This document shows positions 17,695-26,237 of a stretch of DNA of 64,000 nt, piece after piece. Made by a program: the position numbers and the translations under genes. The number at the start of each line of letters is the position of its first letter. Positions within the stretch are counted from its first letter, which is position 1. The stretch covers positions 62,001 through 126,000 of the IMG/VR virus record IMGVR_UViG_3300014720_000001; one strand, given 5' to 3'. The notes under the pieces are model-generated. The model had not been told where the DNA came from and did not search any database. It saw nothing but the letters and a program-made list of their open reading frames with translations.

Positions 17695-18531
17695 TCACGT
17701 TTGAGGAACAAGTACATACGGGCGGCCATTGATCACAAGTGTACCGTTAATATTTAAACCAGCGTCTTTGGTAATAGGATATGCCGTGGTGCGCTTGCCG
17801 TATAACTTAATTATTTCAGCGACGTCACCGTCTTGCGGTTTTGTCACGTTTGGATCGTAATACGGCGCCATGAGGTTACCATTCGCCAAGTGCGGCAAGC
17901 CGAGCGCGTGGCCGAGTTCGTGGCAAATGACGGCCACGGCCATGTTGAAGCTCCAGTCCTCCGCCTCGTCGAACATCTGGTCGAGCTGGATATTCTCGGC
18001 AACGCCGCACGGTAACTCGCTCCACGCGAGTGTGCCGCCTTTGCTATCTAAACCGTTTTTCTTACCCGAACCTGACCGCGCGTAGATGTTGGCTTTTTTG
18101 TGTGTGTCCACGCGCAACGGGTCAATCGCACACACTTCGGCCCACTGCGAAAACGCGATGTCGTATGCCTCGGCCACCTGCGCGTTGGTTAAGCCGGGCA
18201 GGTGCATCTCGTGGTAATAGGCGATGTTTGGCATCGGCCATTTGCACGGGTCGCCGCCGGGGGCCGTGATGTTGAAGTCCGGCAAGCCGCAGCGCCGGCG
18301 ATTGATGCGGTGCGCGGTCTTCGGCCCGACGGTGCCGGTCGGATTCAGGCCATTAAACTCTTGAAACGCACGAACTGCTTTTTGCAGCTCGGCACCCTTG
18401 ATCTTTTTGACCTGCGCCAACGTCTTGTCGCCAAAATACCCCAGCGCGTGCAGGCGCCGGAGAATTTCGCTGACGGGCAGAACATGAGTATCAGCCGGTT
18501 GATTTGTTGGCTTCCGTGCCATCGTGCGCAT
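17695..18531 (-). CDS. Peptidoglycan-binding domain plus matrixin-like (M10) metallopeptidase; candidate endolysin
   Basis: PG_binding_1-like LQKAVRAFQEFNGLNPTGTVG; cysteine-switch-like RRCGLPD; HELGHALGLPH; Met-turn LMAP. Confidence 0.8.
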   Translation of the reverse strand: MRTMARKPTNQPADTHVLPVSEILRRLHALGYFGDKTLAQVKKIKGAELQKAVRAFQEFNGLNPTGTVGPKTAHRINRRRCGLPDFNITAPGGDPCKWPMPNIAYYHEMHLPGLTNAQVAEAYDIAFSQWAEVCAIDPLRVDTHKKANIYARSGSGKKNGLDSKGGTLAWSELPCGVAENIQLDQMFDEAEDWSFNMAVAVICHELGHALGLPHLANGNLMAPYYDPNVTKPQDGDVAEIIKLYGKRTTAYPITKDAGLNINGTLVINGRPYVLVPQT

Positions 18532-18542
18532 CCTTGCAGAGG

Positions 18543-18947
18543 TTATTGCGCGGCAGCCAACTCCATTAGCCCAACCGCGGCATCATCCTCAATTGTATCA
18601 CTCAGGTGGTACACAGCGTTAACAACGGGGTTATCAGCCTTATACTGTGTGCCCGTTTTCGCGCAATGCTCGCGCCACACGTTATTTAAACGCCGCCGCA
18701 GACGCATGAGTTTACGCGGCGGTAACGTCCGCAGCTCGCGCATGCTCTGCTGAATCGTTTCTTCCGTGTTTTGCTCGCGGCAGTGAATGATCACCTGCAC
18801 GATGACCGAAATGATCATGATGATGGTGATCGGATCAAACTGAAACGAGTTATCACCCTGCGCAACAAGCTCATCCGTGAGCTTGTCACGTAGGGACGAC
18901 AGCGCAGGCGACTCGTTCACGCGACGCTGCAGTTCTTCGAGTGTCAT
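18543..18947 (-). CDS. Hypothetical membrane-associated protein
   Basis: 134 aa; hydrophobic ITIIMIISVIVQVII segment. Confidence 0.6.
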   Translation of the reverse strand: MTLEELQRRVNESPALSSLRDKLTDELVAQGDNSFQFDPITIIMIISVIVQVIIHCREQNTEETIQQSMRELRTLPPRKLMRLRRRLNNVWREHCAKTGTQYKADNPVVNAVYHLSDTIEDDAAVGLMELAAAQ

Positions 18948-19318
18948 TAGTTGGGCGTCCGTTCAGCACGCATTTTCTCAACCGCTACCGCTTCCATATA
19001 GCGGTACCGAGCGTCGATCATCTGAGCGCGCAACTCCGTACGACTGGCAATAAATTTCCAAACCAGCGCGCTGTTCAGCACCACAATCTGTGTCGCGCCA
19101 GCAATCGCGGTAATAGCCTTTGTCAGCACCTCGGCCTGCGTGCTGTCAACCCAGCCGATGAGCACGCCCACGGCAATCAAGTTTGTGCCGGCAACAGTTA
19201 CCATTGTCCAGAACTCGGGAGTGAGCCAATTGGAAGTGTCTACGTTGGCGTCGTCAGCCGCGGCGTTAAGCACGCGCAGCTCTTCCCGTACCGTTTCAAC
19301 GCTTTTCTTGTTAGCCAT
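18947..19318 (-). CDS. Holin-like membrane protein
   Basis: 123 aa; two TM segments after WLTPEFW; SD AAGGAG; close to the PG-binding peptidase gene. Confidence 0.5.
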   Translation of the reverse strand: MANKKSVETVREELRVLNAAADDANVDTSNWLTPEFWTMVTVAGTNLIAVGVLIGWVDSTQAEVLTKAITAIAGATQIVVLNSALVWKFIASRTELRAQMIDARYRYMEAVAVEKMRAERTPN

Positions 19319-19383
19319 GTTTTCTCCTTAAATACAGGGTACGCGTCGTATTGTAACGGACACAAAATATCGTGCAAGACAGC

Positions 19384-20394
19384 CTACCGCCCGAACAAAC
19401 TCGGGACGACGGCGTGCATCATGCCGCCCCACAAACCCAATTCTTGTAACTTATTTTGCCCTGCGGGCGTTAAGCCAGCCATGGCGGAGAGCGCTTTGCC
19501 GGCCACCGTCGCTGTAGCAAGACCCACGCCGGCAGACGCAATCCCGTTAATAACGTCCACGGGGCGGATAATCGGCGATCGCCGATTGGCGCTAATACCG
19601 GCCATAAGCCCCGTGGCCGCGGCGGCGTACTGGGGCGGCGTGTGATTCTGAAACCCGCGATACATACCCATGTTTACGTCCTGCCACGCGGCGCTATTGA
19701 ATTGCGGCACCGACACGGTCGGCGCAAATATCGGATTATTCGCGAACGACTTTTTTGTCATCTTCGCTTCGTACGGGTAAACAACAGGCGTTTTGTTGTG
19801 CGTCAGGAGTCCGCGCAACATGCTCGTACGAAGCGCGCGCGCATTGGCGTACGAGTTAATTCCGGCAACACCCACGCCCGACAGCGCACCCATTAATCCA
19901 AGCGTGCGCCGAAGTTTGCCGCGCTCCAAATAGCGCTCAGGAAAAAACTGTTCGGCTAGCGTCCCGGCGCCGTAGCCCAGCCCTCCCGCCAACAAACCGG
20001 TCATCAATCCGTTGGAAAGCGGCGTCGGCCCGCCAAGTAGTTTATTGCCCGTGTTCCAGACAGTCGGCAGTCCGGGGACAAGCGAGCCGGTTTTGATAAT
20101 AATTTCTTCGGTTACGTCAGGTTGCGCGGGACCGTACGTTACAACCGCCGCGCTGTACCCGGCAGCTTTCATCGCCGCGACGTAGGCGTCGCTGGCAGTT
20201 TTAGTCGTTTGCGCTGGCGCGTACAGCGTGACTAACCCAACCTCCGGTTCCCATGTCGCGACAGTCGTAGCCAGCAACGCATTGGCAGCCGCGACTTGTT
20301 CGTGAGCGACTTTGAGACGGACGGCGAGCGGAAAGAGCGCTGCGACACGCTCCGGCACTTTTTGCCACTCGTAGATAGTTGGCGCTGTAGTCAT
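19384..20394 (-). CDS. Glycine-zipper membrane protein with K-x-A motifs
   Basis: Start reassigned to MTTAPT; GLLAGGLGYGAG, GALSGVGVAG and GVGLATA segments. Confidence 0.7.
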   Translation of the reverse strand: MTTAPTIYEWQKVPERVAALFPLAVRLKVAHEQVAAANALLATTVATWEPEVGLVTLYAPAQTTKTASDAYVAAMKAAGYSAAVVTYGPAQPDVTEEIIIKTGSLVPGLPTVWNTGNKLLGGPTPLSNGLMTGLLAGGLGYGAGTLAEQFFPERYLERGKLRRTLGLMGALSGVGVAGINSYANARALRTSMLRGLLTHNKTPVVYPYEAKMTKKSFANNPIFAPTVSVPQFNSAAWQDVNMGMYRGFQNHTPPQYAAAATGLMAGISANRRSPIIRPVDVINGIASAGVGLATATVAGKALSAMAGLTPAGQNKLQELGLWGGMMHAVVPSLFGR

Positions 20395-20395
20395 G

Positions 20396-20668
20396 TTAAC
20401 GGGCGACACCCAGCATAAATTTTGCAAACAACGACAACCACGCCAGCACACCGCTGATAGCAAAAAAAACAATCACGCCGCTCAGGCTGACAACGCGCCC
20501 GAGCTTGTGAAACGGAATTTCCTTAAGCAGCCGCCACGCTTTGACGTAATCCACCACATTCGGCTGGTGCGGTGCGGCGGGAACAGGCGTCGGGGCGGGC
20601 TGGGGCGCGTCGGGCGTCTTTTTTTTCCGGATCCAGCCCGTCAATTTATCGAGCAGCGGTGTGGCCAT
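20396..20668 (-). CDS. Small membrane protein
   Basis: MATPLLDK start; C-terminal hydrophobic helix. Confidence 0.55.
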   Translation of the reverse strand: MATPLLDKLTGWIRKKKTPDAPQPAPTPVPAAPHQPNVVDYVKAWRLLKEIPFHKLGRVVSLSGVIVFFAISGVLAWLSLFAKFMLGVAR

Positions 20669-22094
20669 TGGTCTTCCCCCAATTTTGAATCGTGTCAAAG
20701 ATATCGTTGCCGTACAACTGCGTCGCCTTATCGAACATGTTCATCTGCGGTAGCGTGCCTGTCGCGGCCGCTTGCGCCATCTGATAGCGATACTGCGGAT
20801 CAAGTGTTGTGCGATAGATATGGGCTTTGTTGCGCGCAGCCAAAATGAAATCGCCGCGCTGCTTGGCCTTCAGCAAGTGGTCGGTCACGTTCGCGAACAC
20901 CGGTTTGTTGTGGTCATAAACAAACGGCGTGCGGAAATCGAGCAGATTGCGAAACTGCTGCGCATACACGCTGTTGGTCGCCGCCTTCACATGCGAACCA
21001 ATCACCTTAGCGGGCGCATGAAACCGAAACTTGGTCGGCGCATGGGTGATGCCTTTGTATTTAGGCTTCGGGTCGTCCACGTGCCAGTCTTGCGGTGATT
21101 GCGAGATTAATCGCCGCAGGATTTCGTGCTTGCGGTCGTATTCGCGGCGGTCTGAGTGGGTTTTTGCCGCACGCAGTTCGTCGAGAACGCCGGGCTTTTT
21201 GGACTTGGGCTCTTCTTCGGCGCCCTTCTCTATTTTTTCGATTTTTTCGTAGTACAGCGGGTCTTTTTGCAGATGATCCTTGGCAATTTCTTCGGCAACT
21301 TGGTCGTTTCTTGTGTGCTCGTGCTCATGTTTAGCTCCTTCAGCTAGCGCGGGGGCAGAAAAATCCCGATCGGGTAAATTATCAGCTTTTCCACCCGCTA
21401 ACAGGTCGTTTTGTCCCGAGCGGGAAAATTCGGCGGTGGCGGCTTTCAGTGACCCCCTGCTGATGGGGTTACTAAACCTATGCTCTTCCGTCGTTTCGGC
21501 AGAGGTTTCGTTACACTTCGACGTGCCGTTATCGAGCAAAACGCCTTTACGTCTGGCGGCAACGGTGATGTGAAACGGATGGTCATCATTGGGGAGCGCC
21601 GACAGGCCATAGCTCTTGCGGAGCGCCGAAAGTGCCGGGCTGCTGACCTGCACAGCCCAGACTTTGCTCACGCCATCGACGTTTTTGACGTCGATTTCTT
21701 TCAGCCCGCCCAGCGTGTAGCCGAACATATGGCCGCGCTCGCTGATCTTGTCAGCGCCGATAGATGCAACCTCGTCAGCCGTCATGACCGATATATGCGC
21801 ATTTACCAGATCGCCCTTAACGTTTGGAACGTTAAACACGCCGGCCGTCGGTAATTCCGCGCCGGGAGCAGTCAGCGCGTCAAACACGCCGCGGACCAGC
21901 GCGTTCGGTACAGATAACAAAAGCCAGCCAGATTTGGCGAGATACAGCCGGCCGGCAAGCGGATAATTCGTGGCCGCCTGTTTGTTGCCGCTGCAGTAAA
22001 GCCAGCCGAGCGCGTTACCGGCGGCGTAGGCGGGATGCTCGCGAAAGTACTGCGGGTCCCAAGCGAGCGGATCGAGTGCTGAGAGGCTGTCCAT
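20646..22094 (-). CDS. Multi-module protein: 2H phosphoesterase-like domain, DUF5661-like module and further modules
   Basis: Paired HxS/HxT motifs AHISVM and FHITVA; EGAKHEHEHT...AEEIAKDHL...YYEKI module; K-x-A motifs between modules. Confidence 0.65.
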   Translation of the reverse strand: MDSLSALDPLAWDPQYFREHPAYAAGNALGWLYCSGNKQAATNYPLAGRLYLAKSGWLLLSVPNALVRGVFDALTAPGAELPTAGVFNVPNVKGDLVNAHISVMTADEVASIGADKISERGHMFGYTLGGLKEIDVKNVDGVSKVWAVQVSSPALSALRKSYGLSALPNDDHPFHITVAARRKGVLLDNGTSKCNETSAETTEEHRFSNPISRGSLKAATAEFSRSGQNDLLAGGKADNLPDRDFSAPALAEGAKHEHEHTRNDQVAEEIAKDHLQKDPLYYEKIEKIEKGAEEEPKSKKPGVLDELRAAKTHSDRREYDRKHEILRRLISQSPQDWHVDDPKPKYKGITHAPTKFRFHAPAKVIGSHVKAATNSVYAQQFRNLLDFRTPFVYDHNKPVFANVTDHLLKAKQRGDFILAARNKAHIYRTTLDPQYRYQMAQAAATGTLPQMNMFDKATQLYGNDIFDTIQNWGKTNGHTAAR

Positions 22095-22108
22095 AGCGCG
22101 CTTTCAAA

Positions 22109-22180
22109 CTGCCTGAGTAGGACTCGAACCTACAACCCCAGCATTAACAGTGCCGTGCACTACCATTGTGCTATCAGGCA
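22109..22180 (-). tRNA. trnN: tRNA-Asn(GTT)
   Basis: TGCCTGA/TCAGGCA acceptor stem; anticodon arm CGGCA-CT GTT AA-TGCTG; GTTCGAGTC T-loop; no encoded CCA. Confidence 0.95.
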
Positions 22181-22317
22181 AGGTATGTCACGGGGTCGCG
22201 CTAATTGTTGGTGTCGTCATACCTCCGACCGCGTGATGTGCCACCGCCGCATATGCTGACACAAACAGCAAGAGGCAAAATACTGCGGAAGCGCCCCACG
22301 CGGCTACGCTCAATTGT

Positions 22318-22674
22318 TTACGGACGGTCATTGTCATGCTCGTGCTCCTGTTCGCGATCACGTTCGTGCACAATGGTTACTTTGATCCCGGCGCCAGACA
22401 ATAGCGATATTGCCAGATCCGTTAAAGTTGACCCGCCCATGCCTGCCAGCACGCAAATGCCAATCAGGCCGTAGACGTTTTCGGCTTTCCGGTAGTTTTG
22501 ATACCAAATCAAAGCGATGGCGAGGCCGAGGAACCCGGCGTTCAACATCGCACTGACCACCGCTAGTTTAGACAGTTTCTTGGCAAACCGCAAAAGCGTT
22601 GCCAGACCCGCGAACGCAGAAGCGCCAAACGCGCTCAAAAGCACCGACAACGAATGTAAATTTTCGTCGCCCAT
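22318..22674 (-). CDS. LydA-like holin candidate (about 3 TM helices)
   Basis: Start reassigned to MGDENL; three hydrophobic segments and a charged C-terminal tail. Confidence 0.55.
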   Translation of the reverse strand: MGDENLHSLSVLLSAFGASAFAGLATLLRFAKKLSKLAVVSAMLNAGFLGLAIALIWYQNYRKAENVYGLIGICVLAGMGGSTLTDLAISLLSGAGIKVTIVHERDREQEHEHDNDRP

Positions 22675-22708
22675 GATTTTAACCGCCTGTAATTGTTGAT
22701 GTTGTAAA

Positions 22709-22931
22709 TGTGTCAAAAGCCCCTGCGATCCCCTGTCCGCAGGACCTACCTCAACCGAAGTTGTGGTTCTGCAGCAACTTTCAAGGACATATATTTCGTC
22801 CCGTGTGGCATTTGCTGCTCCTCCGCCCGTGAGCCCGACAAAATCTGACCACGGAACCTGTAACCCCCGCGGCATCCCTGCCTTAGAAGCTACGCCTAAC
22901 CAGCCGACCACCACGGCTAACTTTTGACACA
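22709..22931 (-). ncRNA. Candidate structured RNA of unknown family
   Basis: Perfect 11-bp closing inverted repeat (22709-22719 / 22921-22931); inner 7-bp GCAGCAA/TTGCTGC stem; C(UUCG)G hairpin on the minus strand. Confidence 0.45.
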
Positions 22932-23015
22932 ACTCAAGTTTAACATGTTTTATCGGGCGCAAGGAACGCCAAATAAAACAGCGACAGCGGCAACAAATTG
23001 TCAAAGAGCGCAACG

Positions 23016-23471
23016 CTAAATGTAGCGTGACGGAAAATTGCTGCACAGGCCGGCCGGCTCAAATTTTTCGATCCAGCCGGGCGCGTCTTCCGGAAGAAAC
23101 GCGATTGAGCGTGGAGCGAGCGCGTGGGGAGCCGGCGTCCAGATAAACTGCGCGCTCGTCAACGTGGGCAAATTGTCAGTCGTAAAAAAAGCATGCGCGC
23201 CAACGTTGCATAGCGCGTCTAATGTTTCGCCGTCAAAGCAGCGCGACCAGACGCGCTGCTTGGAAAAAAAACCGGGCGGCGCAACATTGAAACCGCCGTC
23301 AAAGGGCAGCAAAAAACTGCCCTGATGAAACACGACATCGGCGCAGACGTGCCAGCCAGCCGCCAACGTAGCTTGTAAATAAGCCAGCCGGTTTTCCTTG
23401 TCCGGCCGCGGTCCGTCGATGTTGCCCAGATGCGCAATCAAGATGCCGTCGAACCGTGCGCCGCGCCCCAT
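23016..23471 (-). CDS. Glycerophosphodiester phosphodiesterase-like (PLC-like) protein
   Basis: LIAHLGNIDGP...ENRLAYL...GWHVCADV resembles the ISHRGN...EN...G.DVEIDV N-terminus, with several degenerate positions. Confidence 0.5.
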   Translation of the reverse strand: MGRGARFDGILIAHLGNIDGPRPDKENRLAYLQATLAAGWHVCADVVFHQGSFLLPFDGGFNVAPPGFFSKQRVWSRCFDGETLDALCNVGAHAFFTTDNLPTLTSAQFIWTPAPHALAPRSIAFLPEDAPGWIEKFEPAGLCSNFPSRYI

Positions 23472-23559
23472 ACACTTTTCCTTGACTTGTTAACAGCCGC
23501 CACGCGTTGTGCATGTGGCGTATCGTACCCGTGCCCACAAACCGTGTCCACGAGTTCGG

Positions 23560-24591
23560 TCAAAGAATCTTGGCGGCAATTAAGCACCCGCGGGCAACAG
23601 CATGCAACGGATCTTTGGCGTGACGAACTTCTTTCACAGGAAGTGGGAAGCCGTTCTCTTCCAGCTTCTTGGTAAACATGTCCACGAAGCCCTTGGCCCG
23701 TGTCGTGCCGCCGGCCACAGATATCAAAATCGGCTCTTTGAACTTGGGCAGCGCTTTGTGCCCGGCCAGTGCGTGCGCCAGCATCTTGGTCGTGTAGTCA
23801 ATCAGGCGCTCGTAGTACACGCTCACGGCGGCCAGAATCGTGTTGTCGTTCTTCTCGCCGATGACAAACGCGCCGTGCTCCTTTTCCGCCTGCACTACAG
23901 AGTCAGGCTCGTTCGTAGCCACTGCGGTCATGCGATCGACCCAGTCGCCCGACTTGGTCGTTGAGAACATCACGGTGGGCTCGCCGTTGAGCATCACGCA
24001 GACGTTCACCATACCGGCGCCCCACGACAGGCCGATGCCGGTGTAGTCGTCGTGCTCCAGCTCCGAGTAGCACAGCGCTTCAGCCTCGTTAATGGCCCGA
24101 GCGGCGTAGCCCTGTTCGGCCAGCACCGTGCGCACCACATCTTCGTGGTACGCCACGTCGAAGTCGTCGTCTTCGTGGTCGACGGGCTGCGCCGGAACGC
24201 AAAAGATCAGCTTCTCGTGGGGCTGGCTGGCGGTGCCGACCACTTCCTTGAGAATGAACGCCAGCACGCGCTTGGCTTCTTTTTCCTTGGGGCTGACAAC
24301 GCCGCGGTACATCGGCCGGCGCGCAGAGTCATTGCGCTCGACGGCTTTCTCAATGGCGTCTTGGCCGAGAATGATGAAGCTCCCGTCGGCGTCCTTGACG
24401 AAGACTTTGCCCTGCAGGCCCTTCTCAATCATCTTTGTAGCCACGGGCGTCGTCGGTTTGATGACGTAGAACGCGTCGCGGAAATCCTTGTATTCCACGT
24501 TGCCGACCGCGTGCGGATCGGTCGTGGAGTTGGCGGCCGCGGCCTGCGCGAGCACGATAAACGAGGTACCGACGTCGAGTCCCTTGGCCAT
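23560..24591 (-). CDS. Actin-like ATPase (MreB/MamK/ParM superfamily)
   Basis: Phosphate-1 GLDVGT, connect-1 INEAEA, phosphate-2 LSWGAGMVNV, adenosine VAGGTT, connect-2 AVARG. Confidence 0.85.
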   Translation of the reverse strand: MAKGLDVGTSFIVLAQAAAANSTTDPHAVGNVEYKDFRDAFYVIKPTTPVATKMIEKGLQGKVFVKDADGSFIILGQDAIEKAVERNDSARRPMYRGVVSPKEKEAKRVLAFILKEVVGTASQPHEKLIFCVPAQPVDHEDDDFDVAYHEDVVRTVLAEQGYAARAINEAEALCYSELEHDDYTGIGLSWGAGMVNVCVMLNGEPTVMFSTTKSGDWVDRMTAVATNEPDSVVQAEKEHGAFVIGEKNDNTILAAVSVYYERLIDYTTKMLAHALAGHKALPKFKEPILISVAGGTTRAKGFVDMFTKKLEENGFPLPVKEVRHAKDPLHAVARGCLIAAKIL

Positions 24592-24593
24592 GG

Positions 24594-24710
24594 TTACTTC
24601 CCTTTCTTCTTGAGCTTCTTTTCCAGCTGCTTGATGTACTTAGCTTGCGCGTGCAGCTTTTCGCACTGCTTCTTGACCTTCTTCTTCGTCCATTTGTCCC
24701 AGAAGCTCAT
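24594..24710 (-). CDS. Very small Lys-rich peptide
   Basis: MSFWDKWTKKKVKKQCEKLHAQAKYIKQLEKKLKKKGK; fills the gap between two genes exactly. Confidence 0.5.
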   Translation of the reverse strand: MSFWDKWTKKKVKKQCEKLHAQAKYIKQLEKKLKKKGK

Positions 24711-25048
24711 CACTTCGCCTTTAGCTGCGCGAGCTTGGACACGGACGAACTAATATCATCGTCGGTTTTTGTGGTTTTGCCAAGAGCGATGTCCTGCGTC
24801 TTTTGCATGCCGGTTGTGTTAATACCGCCGACGTATGTACCAGCGTCAATTTCAATTTTGTTTTTACTGGGCGCGCTCTCTTTCATGGCTGCGCGCAAAG
24901 TATTTGTTTTGGGCGCCGCAGTTGTAGCATCGTGCGAAACGCTGCCGGCTACACGCGCCACCAACCAGTCAAGCCGGCCGATGATATAGCCCAGCGCAAC
25001 ACTGCCGGCCACGAGGAGCACAAAAACAGAATAAGGCAGTACTAGCAT
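24710..25048 (-). CDS. Membrane-anchored hypothetical protein
   Basis: 112 aa; N-terminal TM segment. Confidence 0.6.
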   Translation of the reverse strand: MLVLPYSVFVLLVAGSVALGYIIGRLDWLVARVAGSVSHDATTAAPKTNTLRAAMKESAPSKNKIEIDAGTYVGGINTTGMQKTQDIALGKTTKTDDDISSSVSKLAQLKAK

Positions 25049-25746
25049 GTTTCAGGCTTGCGCCATCCCCGGTGTGATTTGATGCGCCCGGCGTTGACGC
25101 TACGCATATGGCAGTCGCTGAGCCCGTTGTGGCGGCAGAAGTCTTTGAGGTTGTGGATAATAACTAAATCGCCGTCCGGGTTGAGAAAATTGTACGTCTT
25201 GGAGTACTTCTCGCGGATCACTTCTCGGCCGCGTTGGCGCAGCTCTTCCATGCGTTTTTCAGGAATACCGTGCACGCCTGTTTTCAGCTCTAATGATTTG
25301 CTGCCCCCAATACTCGCCCACATTTGCCGGGTTTCAATGTCCATGCCCGCAAAGCCCGAGCCGCTGTCGTGCGAGCGCTGGCAGGCTAACTTGCGCTGTT
25401 CGGGCGTGAGTAAAAACCGACCGCCTGCGTTACGGTTGAGGCAGAGTTCAGGGCCCAAGTGTTCCGTGTTGGCGTGCGCGTCTTTGATCAGCGTAATTTC
25501 AGCCTTGGACAATTCTGTCGCGGCTTTCTTGGATTCCCGGCGATATTCCGCGCGCAAAACCACCTTGAGTGCGTCGGCCTGATACTCGGCGTGCTCCGGA
25601 TCGTTGTAGTGCGCGAATGTAACAGGCGAACCGAAATACTGGTGGTCATCTGCCGGCGCTTTGTCGGCGATGCGCGAGCCGTAATAGAACTTGTACCCCA
25701 GCGACGGGTACAGGATCACGTACAGATAGTACCAGCGTTTACGCAT
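25042..25746 (-). CDS. GIY-YIG (Seg-like) homing endonuclease with a NUMOD-type C-terminus
   Basis: YYLYVI...FYYGSR...YFGS...CLNRNAGG; C-terminal HNLKDFCRHNGL...SHRGW. Confidence 0.75.
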   Translation of the reverse strand: MRKRWYYLYVILYPSLGYKFYYGSRIADKAPADDHQYFGSPVTFAHYNDPEHAEYQADALKVVLRAEYRRESKKAATELSKAEITLIKDAHANTEHLGPELCLNRNAGGRFLLTPEQRKLACQRSHDSGSGFAGMDIETRQMWASIGGSKSLELKTGVHGIPEKRMEELRQRGREVIREKYSKTYNFLNPDGDLVIIHNLKDFCRHNGLSDCHMRSVNAGRIKSHRGWRKPETC

Positions 25747-25997
25747 ACACTGAATCCGTTCAGTGCTGGTTTTCAGCCAAATCCGTTTGGCTGCCGGTAA
25801 CTTATGTCACCAGTCTGCGTTATTGTAACAATTTACGCGCGATGATCGGAACCGTGGTGTACACAAGAATGACAGCCACGAGCCATAGAATAGACAAAAC
25901 AACGCGCCGAATGCGCATGTTTGTGTGCCAGTACCGCGCCCGAATCTCGTCCGGGTCGTGCAGCTGTAAACAACGCGCATTATGCTCAATGCGCTCT

Positions 25998-26237
25998 TCA
26001 ACCGTTCGAAAGACGGGCGGCTCCCAAGGCATGCTCCAACTCCTTGATGCGGGCCTGCAGCAGCGCCATCTGTCGCTTGGTCTCGCTGTGCGCCGTCGCG
26101 GCCTGCTCGGTCATGTACACAACCAGCGTATTTAACCGGTCCAGCTCATCGGCGGCTTCGTCTAGCGCGCGCCGGTTGACCAGTCCGGACATCGTGCGCA
26201 GCGCAAAACTCATATGGTGTCGCATGTCTTCACTCAT
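25998..26237 (-). CDS. Small coiled-coil protein
   Basis: 79-aa ORF coupled to the deaminase gene. Confidence 0.5.
   Translation of the reverse strand: MSEDMRHHMSFALRTMSGLVNRRALDEAADELDRLNTLVVYMTEQAATAHSETKRQMALLQARIKELEHALGAARLSNG

Noticed and set aside
22675-23046. N-terminal extension of the 242-aa ORF 22318-23046
   Set aside because: The extension reads as non-protein-like and overlaps an RNA-like structured interval. The membrane protein more plausibly starts at ATG 22674.
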